Source: Phycisphaerales bacterium (GTDB lineage: Bacteria; Planctomycetota; Phycisphaerae; Tepidisphaerales; Tepidisphaeraceae). From it: 64,000 nt of DNA. The notes under the pieces were generated by a model that was not told the DNA's origin, did not search any database, and was given only the letters and a program-made list of their open reading frames with translations. Each line of letters begins with the position of its first letter. Position 1 is the stretch's first letter. The translations under genes were made by a program, and so were the position numbers. The stretch is from NCBI GenBank assembly GCA_025361735.1, contig JANYKD010000125.1:136-64135 (forward strand). Direction: 5' to 3'. Of this stretch, positions 1-8,844 are shown one piece after another.

Positions 1-1
1 G

Positions 2-802
2 GCTCTGCTCGCCTTCACGTCGGGAGGGTATGAGACCGGTGGGTATCTGGTTTACCCGGACCAGACTCACCAGAACTTCCTGATTATCGACGAGGCCCAG
101 CAGGTATCCCGGGAACTGCTCAACCTGCTCCATCCGGTTCTTGACCCCGCACCGGATGGCCGCCGCATCTTCCAGGGCAAGCACGCACGCGGTCAGATTC
201 AGCCCGTATGGATCGTCGGGTTCACATGCATCCTGATCACGAATTACCTCGGACGACTGGCCGAAGTGTCAGCCCCGACACTTTCGAGGTTCCCGATTTC
301 GTTCCAGTTCGAGTGGTACACGGAAGAGGAGATCGTCAAGACGATACGCCAGTACGCCTTCCACCTCGGCATAACCATCGCCGAGGATGCCATCCAGCTT
401 CTGGCCAGGCGATCCAATGGTATGCCCAGGGCAGCGCTCAGTCTGTTACGCCGAACCATGGACCTCCACCTGGCCGAGGGCAACTCAGGGCCAGTCACCA
501 TTAAGGGCATCGAGGCCATGCTCGACATGGTCGGCATTGACGGCAACGGCCTGGACCGCTCGATGGTCCGTTACCTCAAGGCTCTCTGTGAGCACCCGTC
601 CGGCAGGCTCAGCCTGCAGAGCCTTCAGGCTGTCCTGGACACGGACAGCTCAACTCTGCTGCACTGCATCGAACCGATCCTCATGAAGAAGGGGATGGTC
701 CTGAGGTGCAGCAACGGACGTGAAATCACCAACGCCGGCCGGGCCGCTCTGGGTGTGGCCGGCAGTAACGACGACTTGTTCTACAGTCGCAGACTCGCCT
801 AA
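2..802 (+). CDS. AAA+ ATPase, RuvB-like, 5'-truncated by window edge
   Basis: The frame is open from nt 2. Translation shows Walker B 'FLIIDEAQ' and sensor-1-like 'ILITN'. The C-terminal part 'GIDGNGLDRSMVRYLKAL...CIEPILMKKGMVLRCSNGREIT' resembles the RuvB winged-helix C-domain. Confidence 0.6.
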   Translation, partial: ALLAFTSGGYETGGYLVYPDQTHQNFLIIDEAQQVSRELLNLLHPVLDPAPDGRRIFQGKHARGQIQPVWIVGFTCILITNYLGRLAEVSAPTLSRFPISFQFEWYTEEEIVKTIRQYAFHLGITIAEDAIQLLARRSNGMPRAALSLLRRTMDLHLAEGNSGPVTIKGIEAMLDMVGIDGNGLDRSMVRYLKALCEHPSGRLSLQSLQAVLDTDSSTLLHCIEPILMKKGMVLRCSNGREITNAGRAALGVAGSNDDLFYSRRLA

Positions 803-814
803 CCAGGAGACCGT

Positions 815-2614
815 ATGTCAGCAATGACCTTCAGTACCGATGACACCGTGACCCGAGCCAAGGAACTCTACCGTAGCGGCCGCCAGATCTGGGCTATTTG
901 CGGCGATGAGGTGAGCCGATACATCCGCAGCATCCAGCAGGCAGCCGCAGAATTGAACAAGGAATTCGGCAGCAACAGCAAGCCGATCCGGGTGGTCTGC
1001 CATGACCGCTGGTCCGGCTTCCGCGTCGGCCTTCCCGAAGTGCCGCCGTGCAAGGACAAGACCAACGTCCTGGCCAACGGCCTGCAGATCGCCCTGATGT
1101 CGCACCAGGAGATCGCCAAGCACTTCCCGCAACTCGTTGACGAACAGGCGAAGTCGGACGATCCGGCCTGTCCGGCGCTGAGGCTGGACTTCGATCCGGC
1201 CGACAACATCATTTTCATCTTCACCAGCGTTGAGCAGGAGCTTCGCGAGCAGCCCCTGACCCAAACGCTCTTGAAGAATGTGAGCATCTCCAACATGTGC
1301 TCGCCGGGGTTCACCAAGGACCACGAAAACGGCATCCGTGGAAATCGCATGTTCGTTCTGATCACTTCGTCGCCCGCCATGCCTGAGCAGCTTTCTGAGC
1401 TGAAACCGGAGGTCATGCCACTGCCCGACACCCAGGCCCTGCGGCTCGTGGCCCGGGACATCCTGGAGCCCCAGAACGAACGGTATGCTGACACAGACGG
1501 CAAGCAGGGAATCAAGTTGCCCGAATCTTCCGCCATGGACCGAATCGTGGTGGCCCTTTGCGGACTGACCACCCAGGACGCCGAAGAGGCGATGGCCCTG
1601 GCCGTCGTGAAGCACCCGGGGATGCCCGACTTGGACGTGTTCGTTCAGACCCTGGAAGACGCCAAGGCCAAGACCATCTCCAACAAGCCGGGCCTGCGGT
1701 ACATCCCCAAGGGCGATATCGTAAACCACTGCCCGCCCGGGTATGAGTCCCTCAAGGAGTTCATCCAGCAGCGGCGGCGCATCTCGCTGGAGAAGGCCAA
1801 GGAACGCGGCATCACGCCGATTCGTGGCATTGCCCTGGGTGGTATCCCCGGCGTGGCCAAGACCGAAGTGGCCAAGTACATCGCCCGGGAGCTGGGGGCG
1901 ATTGCGATCCTGGCCAGTTTCGGAGATTTCAAGGGAAGCCTCGTGGGCGAGTCTGAGAAGAACATGCGGGTGGCCCTGCAGATCGGCCGGGCCATGCACG
2001 CGGTAATGATTTGGGACGACGTGGACAAGGGCTCGATCGGCAGCGCCGCTGGAAGCTACGGGGGCGACGGGGGGACGACGGGGAACATGATGTCGGCCAT
2101 TCTGACCGAGATGAGCGACCCCGTCTCTGACACCGTGCATGTCTTCACCTTCAACCGGGCTCAGAACGTCCCCGGTGAACTCATGCGGCCTGGCCGCATC
2201 GACAAGCGGTATTGCGTGGTGGCCCCCAACGGCCCTACCCGGCTCCTGATCCTCAAGGACCACATCAACCGCTTCAAGCTCAAGATCGACGACGAACTGT
2301 TGCTCGAAGAGCTGGCCACGAAGAACACGCAGGACTGGACCGGTGCCGAGCTGGCGCACGTGCTCGTGAAGGAAGAAGCCATCAACGTGCTGGCCGATGA
2401 GGGTGACACGGTGAAGGTTGCCCGCATGATCGAGATGACCAGGGACTTCACCCCCATGGCTCGCCAGAAGGTTTTCGCAGAGGACATCAAGGCCATGGAT
2501 GAAGCGTGCTCGCAGTTCAGCAAGATCGGGAATATTCCCGACTCTGAAGTGGCCGCCACGCCGTTCCGCACCACCAGCGGATCGCGTGCCCATCGCCAGA
2601 CCACGAACGAATAA
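815..2614 (+). CDS. Classical AAA-family ATPase (CDC48/FtsH-type module in the C-terminal half)
   Basis: Walker A 'GGIPGVAKTEVAK', Walker B 'VMIWDDVDK' and second region of homology 'RPGRIDKRY'. It starts 12 nt after the previous stop. Confidence 0.85.
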   Translation: MSAMTFSTDDTVTRAKELYRSGRQIWAICGDEVSRYIRSIQQAAAELNKEFGSNSKPIRVVCHDRWSGFRVGLPEVPPCKDKTNVLANGLQIALMSHQEIAKHFPQLVDEQAKSDDPACPALRLDFDPADNIIFIFTSVEQELREQPLTQTLLKNVSISNMCSPGFTKDHENGIRGNRMFVLITSSPAMPEQLSELKPEVMPLPDTQALRLVARDILEPQNERYADTDGKQGIKLPESSAMDRIVVALCGLTTQDAEEAMALAVVKHPGMPDLDVFVQTLEDAKAKTISNKPGLRYIPKGDIVNHCPPGYESLKEFIQQRRRISLEKAKERGITPIRGIALGGIPGVAKTEVAKYIARELGAIAILASFGDFKGSLVGESEKNMRVALQIGRAMHAVMIWDDVDKGSIGSAAGSYGGDGGTTGNMMSAILTEMSDPVSDTVHVFTFNRAQNVPGELMRPGRIDKRYCVVAPNGPTRLLILKDHINRFKLKIDDELLLEELATKNTQDWTGAELAHVLVKEEAINVLADEGDTVKVARMIEMTRDFTPMARQKVFAEDIKAMDEACSQFSKIGNIPDSEVAATPFRTTSGSRAHRQTTNE

Positions 2615-2641
2615 TCACCTTCCCAAAAGAACCCATTCAGA

Positions 2642-2674
2642 ACCGCCCCTCAGTGTGAGGGGCGGTTTCTTTTT
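2642..2674 (+). terminator. Rho-independent terminator-like hairpin
   Basis: A 10-bp stem (accgcccctc / gaggggcggt) with a 5-nt loop, followed by ttcttttt, immediately after the AAA ATPase stop. Confidence 0.6.
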
Positions 2675-2702
2675 GCGCGAACTCACTCAGGAGACAAGAC
2701 AG

Positions 2703-3752
2703 ATGTTCAACGACTACGACTCTTTCGGAGGCACCGCCGTGCTTGAAGAAGCCACCGCTGTCATCCAAGACTACGAAGCCGACACCACTCAGCTTGGCCC
2801 CAAGATCGCCGCCAATATGTGCGGCGTGGATCTGGTGGTCCGGCGGCCGAGCGGAAAGTATCAGATCAAGAACGTCGAGGTCATGGCCGCCAACGAGGAT
2901 GGCCTGCAGGAAAGACTGGACAACAAGAAGATCACCCGCCCCAGTTTCATCACCGACACGAAGAACGACCATCCCATCTGGGAGCAGATCGACGAGAACG
3001 GCCGGCAGTTTGACGCCATGCTCCGCGTTTTCTCGGTCAGCGACTCCCGGCGCGGGTTCCACCTGGTGCCCATGAGCAGAACCGGCAACATCCTGGAAGC
3101 CTTCGGCCGGCTGCGACAGGAACGGATCCGGCTGGTCCATGCCTTGGTCGAGGGTTACGACACCTGGATTGCCAACCTTCGGGCCAAGTTCAATGGCCAG
3201 TTCCATTTGCTGGCCCGCAGCTTACCCAGTCGGGAATCTCTACTGGAAAAGTTCGAGGTGGTCTGGCTGCTCAATCCGCTGACGCCCATTGATCCCACCA
3301 ACCTCAAGTTCAACGACATCAACGACGAAGACCGGCAGCGAATCATCGACGAGAGCAACAAGATGGCCCACGACCTGATCGAGCAGCGGGCCAGGGTGAT
3401 CTATGACGAGGCGTTCGGGTCGATGCTGGACAAGTGCGAGCAGATCGTCGCTGGGTCGATGGAGACCGGCAAGCGGAAGTTCGGTGCGATCACGGAACTG
3501 ATCGAGTCGCTGAATCGCATGAAGAACTTCTCGGAATGGGCCAATCCGGAAGTCATCCGGCGGGCCAATGACGCACTCTCCGTGCTGAACACCATCACCG
3601 ACATCTCCGAGGTGAATGGCAACGACGGCCAGAACCGGGTCACCCGTGCCATCGTCGCCGCCATGAAACCCCTCGGTGATTCCGTGGAACGAATGCTCCG
3701 CGACGCCCGCCCGGGAAGTGGCCGTGCGAGTCGGGAGATCATGGAGGAATAA
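2703..3752 (+). CDS. Hypothetical protein (349 aa), mobile-element context
   Basis: I chose the ATG at 2703 (MFNDYDSF...). It follows 'ggagacaagacag' and lies downstream of the terminator hairpin. The longer ORF from 2499 would overlap the AAA gene. I saw no diagnostic motif. Confidence 0.55.
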   Translation: MFNDYDSFGGTAVLEEATAVIQDYEADTTQLGPKIAANMCGVDLVVRRPSGKYQIKNVEVMAANEDGLQERLDNKKITRPSFITDTKNDHPIWEQIDENGRQFDAMLRVFSVSDSRRGFHLVPMSRTGNILEAFGRLRQERIRLVHALVEGYDTWIANLRAKFNGQFHLLARSLPSRESLLEKFEVVWLLNPLTPIDPTNLKFNDINDEDRQRIIDESNKMAHDLIEQRARVIYDEAFGSMLDKCEQIVAGSMETGKRKFGAITELIESLNRMKNFSEWANPEVIRRANDALSVLNTITDISEVNGNDGQNRVTRAIVAAMKPLGDSVERMLRDARPGSGRASREIMEE

Positions 3753-3814
3753 CGACCATTTCAGCGGGGCTGTGCGGCGTCGTCCCAGCTTCCCCTCACA
3801 CCTTCACCAAGGAC

Positions 3815-4741
3815 ATGCACATGACCACGATGACGGTGCCGACATTGACTCGGCACGACCTCCAGGAGCGAAAGGACCGGATCACGGCCACCGACGTGGC
3901 GGCCATCATGGGCACGAGCCCGTGGAAGACCAAGTACGACGTGTGGATCGAGAAATGCCTCGACATGGAGCCCATAGTCCCTTCACCGGCTATGCAATGG
4001 GGCTCGCTGATGGAGGATGACATCATCACCTTCGCCGAGGCCCGGCTCCGTGAACACTTCGATGATCCGTCGATCAAGGCCACCCGCGTCGGCACCCGCC
4101 GCAAGCACGCCAACGGCATCATGGCCTGCACCCTCGATTCTGTGCTCCAGGGTCGCGATGAAGCGATCGAGGCCAAGACCCACGCGGCGATTCACCCGAA
4201 TGTCGATTGGACCGCCTGGGGCACGGAAGAGTTTTCAGACGCCATACCGCCATATTACCGAGACCAGGTGTGTGGCCAGTTTGCCTGCGCTCCCAACTTG
4301 AACCGAATCTGGGTGGTACTGTCCATTGGCCGGATGGTGCCCACGATCTACTGCCTGGAACGTGAGAACCTGCTGGGCCGCATCGCCGAGATCGAGACCG
4401 CATGCTGTGACTTTTGGGATCAGCACATCCTGACCCACATCGCTCCGGCTGGCGAAGCAACTTTGGAGACAGTGAAGCGGGTCAGACAGGCGATCGATCC
4501 GGCCACGATCGCCACCATCGACGACGAACTCTGCGAACGCCAGAAGGAACTGGCGGCGGCCATCACGGCGACGACCAAGCAAAAGGAAGCGGTGGATGCT
4601 TCCCTCCGCCTGGCCATGCTCGGGGCCGAACGAGGCCGTTCACCCAAGGGGCACTTCGTCCACATCGGCCCCGTCAACGTCAAGGGATACTCGGTCGCCC
4701 CCAAGAGCTACCAGCGCATGACCGTCACCCTGGCCAAGTAA
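3815..4741 (+). CDS. YqaJ-like viral recombinase-type exonuclease (PD-(D/E)xK)
   Basis: 'ITATDVAAIMGTSPWKTKYDVWIEK' matches the YqaJ N-terminal signature, and 'DEAIEAKT' supplies an ExK motif. It sits directly upstream of a RecT gene, the classic exo/annealase pair. Confidence 0.8.
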   Translation: MHMTTMTVPTLTRHDLQERKDRITATDVAAIMGTSPWKTKYDVWIEKCLDMEPIVPSPAMQWGSLMEDDIITFAEARLREHFDDPSIKATRVGTRRKHANGIMACTLDSVLQGRDEAIEAKTHAAIHPNVDWTAWGTEEFSDAIPPYYRDQVCGQFACAPNLNRIWVVLSIGRMVPTIYCLERENLLGRIAEIETACCDFWDQHILTHIAPAGEATLETVKRVRQAIDPATIATIDDELCERQKELAAAITATTKQKEAVDASLRLAMLGAERGRSPKGHFVHIGPVNVKGYSVAPKSYQRMTVTLAK

Positions 4742-4765
4742 TCACTCGCAAACGAAAGGAACCAC

Positions 4766-5632
4766 ATGAACGTGGAGAATGTCCCCGAACAGACCGAGCT
4801 GCCTGCCCGCAGGGTTCGCAAGCCTGCCATCCGGCAGTCAAACGCGCCCCCGCCGCCGGTAGCCCCCAAGGTTCCAACGCCCCAGGAGAAGCCCAAGACA
4901 GGGCTCCCGGCCATCACGTCGATGCTCAAGGGCCGGCGTGACGCCATCGCCCGGGTGATCCCACCGGCGTCGAACCTGAACGCCGACAACCTCATCCAGA
5001 ACGTGCTCCAGTACGTGATGCGGGATCGCCGGCTCTTGTGCTGTACCCCGTACTCGGTGCTCGATGCCACGCTGGTCGCCGCGAGCACCGGGCTCGATGT
5101 CATCGCTGACCAGGCTTACTTGATCCCGCACGAGAAGAAGTGGAAGGACGACAAGGGCAACGAGTATCACGAAGCCTGGCTGGCCAGCTTCTGGCCGAGC
5201 TACAAAGGCCTGCTCACCGTGGCGGCCCGGGCGGGGTTCTCTCTGGATGTCCAGGAAGTCCGCGAGGGCGACTTCATCGAGGTCGCGGCGGGGACTGAGA
5301 ACCGGATTGTCCACAAGATCCCGTTCGCTCAGCGGGGCGGAGTGATCGGGGTCTACTGCGTCGTCAGGAACTCCAGCAACCAGGTCGTCCACATTGAGCG
5401 AATGGACAACGCAGATCTTGACGACCTTCGCCGCGACACCGTCTGCTGGCGCGCTTTCCCGGGAGAAATGTCCCGGAAGTCCGTGGCCAAGCGAGCGTAC
5501 AAGTGGCTGCCCAAGGACAACCCCCAGGTGAGGCTGCTCGCCGAAGTTGAGAAGCGGATCGATGAAGATCGCGAAGTCACCGATCTCGTCCACGGCATGG
5601 GGGAACTGGACCAGCCGGCATCCGCGGCCTGA
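4766..5632 (+). CDS. recT: RecT-family single-strand annealing protein
   Basis: RecT-like core: 'SYKGLLTVAARAGFSLDVQEVREGDFIE...HKIPF...RGGVIGVYCVV...MSRKSVAKRAYKWLP'. It is paired with the YqaJ exonuclease. Confidence 0.8.
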   Translation: MNVENVPEQTELPARRVRKPAIRQSNAPPPPVAPKVPTPQEKPKTGLPAITSMLKGRRDAIARVIPPASNLNADNLIQNVLQYVMRDRRLLCCTPYSVLDATLVAASTGLDVIADQAYLIPHEKKWKDDKGNEYHEAWLASFWPSYKGLLTVAARAGFSLDVQEVREGDFIEVAAGTENRIVHKIPFAQRGGVIGVYCVVRNSSNQVVHIERMDNADLDDLRRDTVCWRAFPGEMSRKSVAKRAYKWLPKDNPQVRLLAEVEKRIDEDREVTDLVHGMGELDQPASAA

Positions 5633-5670
5633 CCTGTCACATCTCAATCACTCACTCACAAGGAGATCGC

Positions 5671-6042
5671 ATGAGTCATACAACGACGGTTCGAACGGAG
5701 CTACGCAATCTCGACATTCTCAAGGCAGCCTGCACCGCCCTGGGCATTCCCTTCACCACCGGTCCACAGAAGATTGAGCTATTCGCCGGCTACGCGACTG
5801 GCGACCTGTCGTTCAAGTTGCCCGGTTGGTACTACCCGGCAGTTGTGAATTCCCAGACAGGCGAGGTAAAGCTCGACAACTACGGGGGTCAGTGGGGCAA
5901 CATCGAGGAATTCCACAAGCTGTCCCAGGAATATTCACTTCAGGTCGCTGAGAACGAGGCCGCCGAGTTCACCCTCCAGGGCTGGACCGTCGAGCGGCAG
6001 AAGCAGGACAACGGCGACATCCTGCTGGTCATTCAGCAGTAG
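5671..6042 (+). CDS. DUF1257 (Ycf35-like) family protein
   Basis: The 'MSHTTTVRTELRNLDILKAACTALGI' N-terminus and the ~120-aa size match my recollection of DUF1257. An SD 'aaggag' lies upstream. Confidence 0.55.
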   Translation: MSHTTTVRTELRNLDILKAACTALGIPFTTGPQKIELFAGYATGDLSFKLPGWYYPAVVNSQTGEVKLDNYGGQWGNIEEFHKLSQEYSLQVAENEAAEFTLQGWTVERQKQDNGDILLVIQQ

Positions 6043-6084
6043 TCGCGCCATCAGCAAGAGCCAACCTTCACAAGGACAACCGCC

Positions 6085-6279
6085 ATGACAAGAATCGTTA
6101 TCACTTGCCCCAAAGATCCGGGTAAAGGCGTCACCGTCGAAGTCGATGGCGTGACCGGACCATCGTGCGGCAAACTCACCGAGAAGATCGAGGCTGCGCT
6201 CGGCAAGGTCGCCGCCCGCCAAGAGAAAGCCGAGTTTCATCAGACGTCACAGGGGCAGAGCGAACATCAGCTCCAGTAG
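6085..6279 (+). CDS. DUF2997 family small protein
   Basis: 'VTVEVDGVTGPSCGKLTEKIEAALG' matches the DUF2997 signature. It follows DUF1257, as in the known gene pair. Confidence 0.55.
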   Translation: MTRIVITCPKDPGKGVTVEVDGVTGPSCGKLTEKIEAALGKVAARQEKAEFHQTSQGQSEHQLQ

Positions 6280-6289
6280 GACAACCACC

Positions 6290-6571
6290 ATGAAGAAGAT
6301 CATCACTGTCCGCGTGGATGGTTCAATTCAGTTCATCTACGACGACCGGCTCAAGGGACTGATGAAACACGGCCAGGCGTCCATTTCCAGGGTGTCGCAT
6401 GTCGAGCCGGGAGACCCCACCAAGGGTCAAGATCCCCTGAGATGGTTTGCAGACATGGCTCCGAGCGGTCAACCCGTCGTCCTCGGACCATTCGCTGAAC
6501 GGCAGCAAGCACTGGCCGCCGAAGTGGAATGGATCAACCGCAACATTCTTACCTCGCCGCAAACCGCCTGA
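6290..6571 (+). CDS. Hypothetical protein (93 aa)
   Basis: Same strand, with a 10-nt gap to the previous gene. No motif seen. Confidence 0.45.
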   Translation: MKKIITVRVDGSIQFIYDDRLKGLMKHGQASISRVSHVEPGDPTKGQDPLRWFADMAPSGQPVVLGPFAERQQALAAEVEWINRNILTSPQTA

Positions 6572-6583
6572 AGGAGTGAGTAC

Positions 6584-7018
6584 ATGGCAGCCAAGACAAA
6601 GAAGCCGCAGCGCAATCCGAACGTCCCGGTGCTGGTCTTTGCCTGTGGAAATACGATCCACGAGATTCTGATCGCCGGCCCTGGGGAATTCATCGACGTG
6701 AGACACAAGGACCACGGGAGATGGAGCGACAACAGCCTCATCGAACGGCAGTGGTCCCACGGTTTGAAAGAGACTGAGGGCTACATTCATTCGCGGACAA
6801 CGTGGGGCTGGCTCGGCCGGCTGATCGGGGAGACACCCGAGGGCACGGTCATTCTCAGCCCCACTGACGCGGATTTATGCCAGAAAGAGTATGACATCGC
6901 CGCAAGGCTGGCGAAACTCCCGGAACACCTCCGAGAGTTCGCCGCCGAGATCATGAATGGGATCAAGCAAGAGATGGAGCGGATGAGTCGGCCGGAACTC
7001 ACGATCAAAACCGTTTGA
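6584..7018 (+). CDS. Hypothetical protein (144 aa)
   Basis: The SD 'aaggag' lies 7 nt upstream of the ATG. Same-strand operon context. Confidence 0.5.
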   Translation: MAAKTKKPQRNPNVPVLVFACGNTIHEILIAGPGEFIDVRHKDHGRWSDNSLIERQWSHGLKETEGYIHSRTTWGWLGRLIGETPEGTVILSPTDADLCQKEYDIAARLAKLPEHLREFAAEIMNGIKQEMERMSRPELTIKTV

Positions 7019-7027
7019 TGGAGCCAC

Positions 7028-7252
7028 ATGACCAATGAAATCAAATACCCCGTCGCATTCTTGAAGCTCGACGTGAGGGATCCGGAGTCCAAGCTGAAGG
7101 ATCGCAAGGGCCGGCCTGCCGCCTTCATGATCGAGCTGGTGGATGGTGACAGGTTCTGTTTTCCCAGCCATGGTGATGGAGAACGGTTCATGGCGATCCA
7201 CGGGCTGACGCCGGTGGGCGATGCGGAAATGGAAAGGGCACGCGAGGCGTAA
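7028..7252 (+). CDS. Hypothetical protein (74 aa)
   Basis: Last ORF of the plus-strand block, with a 9-nt gap to the previous gene. Confidence 0.4.
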   Translation: MTNEIKYPVAFLKLDVRDPESKLKDRKGRPAAFMIELVDGDRFCFPSHGDGERFMAIHGLTPVGDAEMERAREA

Positions 7253-7523
7253 GTCGGCCATTTTCATCTACACTTGCCCTGCACGGATATCATGGCCACG
7301 ATGGCTCGATCGCGTTTATCGGCAAGACGCCGGGATGGGTGCGATGTCGGCGCCTACCCTGAAACCTTTGCAACATGCTCCGGAGATGCCGGCTGCCGGC
7401 GCGGATGGGCCAGTAGCCGGCGGCAAGGTTGATGCCAACGCCAGGTTAAAGTCGCAAGCACTCCCTGAGATCTGACGGTGCCATGCTCGCCGGGCTTACG
7501 AGTTGGCCTTCGGCCCGGCCAAT

Positions 7524-7880
7524 CCCCTGATGCGTGCGATTTTGAGTTTGGGAGTTTCCTCAAATCCGCCGACATTAATCTTGCTACTCAAATCCAGAGC
7601 GAGGGTAAAGTGATTGGAGAAGTGGACGAGCGGCGACAATTGTCCTTGCTACGAGAAGCCGAACGTCCAAAATGATAGAGGCCGGACGGCAAAATTACAC
7701 TTGGTCGGGTGAGTCGAATGTCGTGAGTCGAACGTCCTCAGTTGGAGACACGCCAGCATTTCATGGATGGGTCCAGAAAGCCCTCCAGGAAGAGCTGGCG
7801 TGCCGTTTTTGGTGGGATGTGGGCCGGCCGAGCAATCCTCGATTGGTTCAGCCGTCTACTCCAAAGGCGGCAACTGCTCC
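7524..7880 (+). repeat. Conserved ~350-nt non-coding element, copy 1 (pairs with 56387-56735)
   Basis: Hand alignment to 56387-56735. Shared blocks: 'gatgcgtgcgat', 'aaatccgccgac', 'atcttgctactc', 'ggacgagcggcga', 'ctacgagaagccga.cgtcc', 'gatagagg.cggacggcaaaa', 'ggtcggg', 'gaacgtcc' and 'agctggcgtgccg'. No reading frame is conserved between the copies. Confidence 0.6.
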
Positions 7881-8395
7881 GGCTTGAGCAACACCCGAAC
7901 CGACCGAGATTCACCGGGGACGCGGGAGATCAGCCTCTTCTTCTCCAAGAGCAGGATCATGTCATGGATGGTGGGCGGGCTGACCTTGAAGTGCCGCTCC
8001 ATGTCAGCCTCGGCGGGCGGCTGGCCGTGGAGTTTGGTGTAGCCGTCGATGAAGGCGAGGAATTGTCCTTGCCGAGCGGTGTAAAGAGCGGAAAGAGTGG
8101 GTGCGGACAAGGCAAGATCAAGCACGTACTCGGGATCACCGGCTTTCCGCTTGGCCTCGTAATCGACCAAGACCGCATCGAGAGTCAGCCATCCGGCCAG
8201 CGTGACGGCACTGGCCTTGAACCGAAGTTCCGGGTGCCGCAACTGCAAAGTGTTCGTCCGTGATCTGATCCAGCGATACGCCGCACCCATGCTGGGGTAC
8301 TTGCGGCGCTGCAACAGAATCCAGCCACCAGCGGAGAGTGCAAAGATGCCCGCTTCGCAGGGCTTGTCGTCTTTGTCGGTGGCGGGACTGGGCAT
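7856..8395 (-). CDS. DNA-binding protein with a C-terminal LexA-like winged helix-turn-helix
   Basis: 'YTARQGQFLAFIDGYTKLHGQPPAEADMERHFKVSPPTIHDMILLLEKKRLISRVPGESRSVRVL' resembles the LexA DNA-binding domain. I chose the ATG at 8395 because a strong SD (AAGGAAGG) precedes it, just after the upstream stop. Confidence 0.5.
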   Translation of the reverse strand: MPSPATDKDDKPCEAGIFALSAGGWILLQRRKYPSMGAAYRWIRSRTNTLQLRHPELRFKASAVTLAGWLTLDAVLVDYEAKRKAGDPEYVLDLALSAPTLSALYTARQGQFLAFIDGYTKLHGQPPAEADMERHFKVSPPTIHDMILLLEKKRLISRVPGESRSVRVLLKPEQLPPLE

Positions 8396-8409
8396 CGGAC
8401 CTTCCTTAT

Positions 8410-8844
8410 TCACCGGTAATTCCAAAAGAACACGCCGTAATCATCGATCAACTGGAAGTTCGGCGACTTCTTTTCAGTTGCCTTCAGTTCCGATAGCCCC
8501 AACACGAACTTCTTGCCGTCGCTGATCCTCTGCACATGGGCGGCGATGTCCTCACCGCCGCACATCATCCATACCGAATCACCATCATGCTTGAGGTCGA
8601 GAAGCTGATAACGATCCGAGTAGGAAGGCTGGGTCTTCTTGAGCTTCTCGTAGTCCTTCTTGCTCCAACCGCCGAGGATATACGGTTCCTCCCAGCGGAA
8701 ATCCTCAATCCCCTTGACCTCGCAAGGCAGTTTCAAGTTGGCCTTCAGGTGCTTCACGAATAGGGTCACCGCTTTGCCGAAGTCGTCGTTATCTTCACCG
8801 ATGATGGCGTCGATCCGCTCGAACTGTTTGTCGGTCTTGCTCAT
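8410..8844 (-). CDS. Hypothetical protein, possibly CcbP-like (calcium-binding protein family)
   Basis: The C-terminal pattern 'DIAAHVQRISDGKKFVLGLSELKATEKKSPNFQLIDDYGVFFWNY' recalls the CcbP family. The assignment is from memory only. Confidence 0.35.
   Translation of the reverse strand: MSKTDKQFERIDAIIGEDNDDFGKAVTLFVKHLKANLKLPCEVKGIEDFRWEEPYILGGWSKKDYEKLKKTQPSYSDRYQLLDLKHDGDSVWMMCGGEDIAAHVQRISDGKKFVLGLSELKATEKKSPNFQLIDDYGVFFWNYR

Noticed and set aside
818-2593. A 591-aa ORF antisense to the AAA ATPase gene
   Set aside because: It mirrors almost exactly a gene with clear Walker A/B motifs. Its translation is Gly/Arg/His/Leu-rich with no motif. This is the typical shadow ORF of high-GC DNA.
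2499-2702. An N-terminal extension of the 2703-3752 gene (ORF track start at 2499)
   Set aside because: It would overlap the AAA gene by 116 nt and read through a strong terminator hairpin. The extension is Arg/Pro-rich. The ATG at 2703 follows a purine-rich SD-like stretch.
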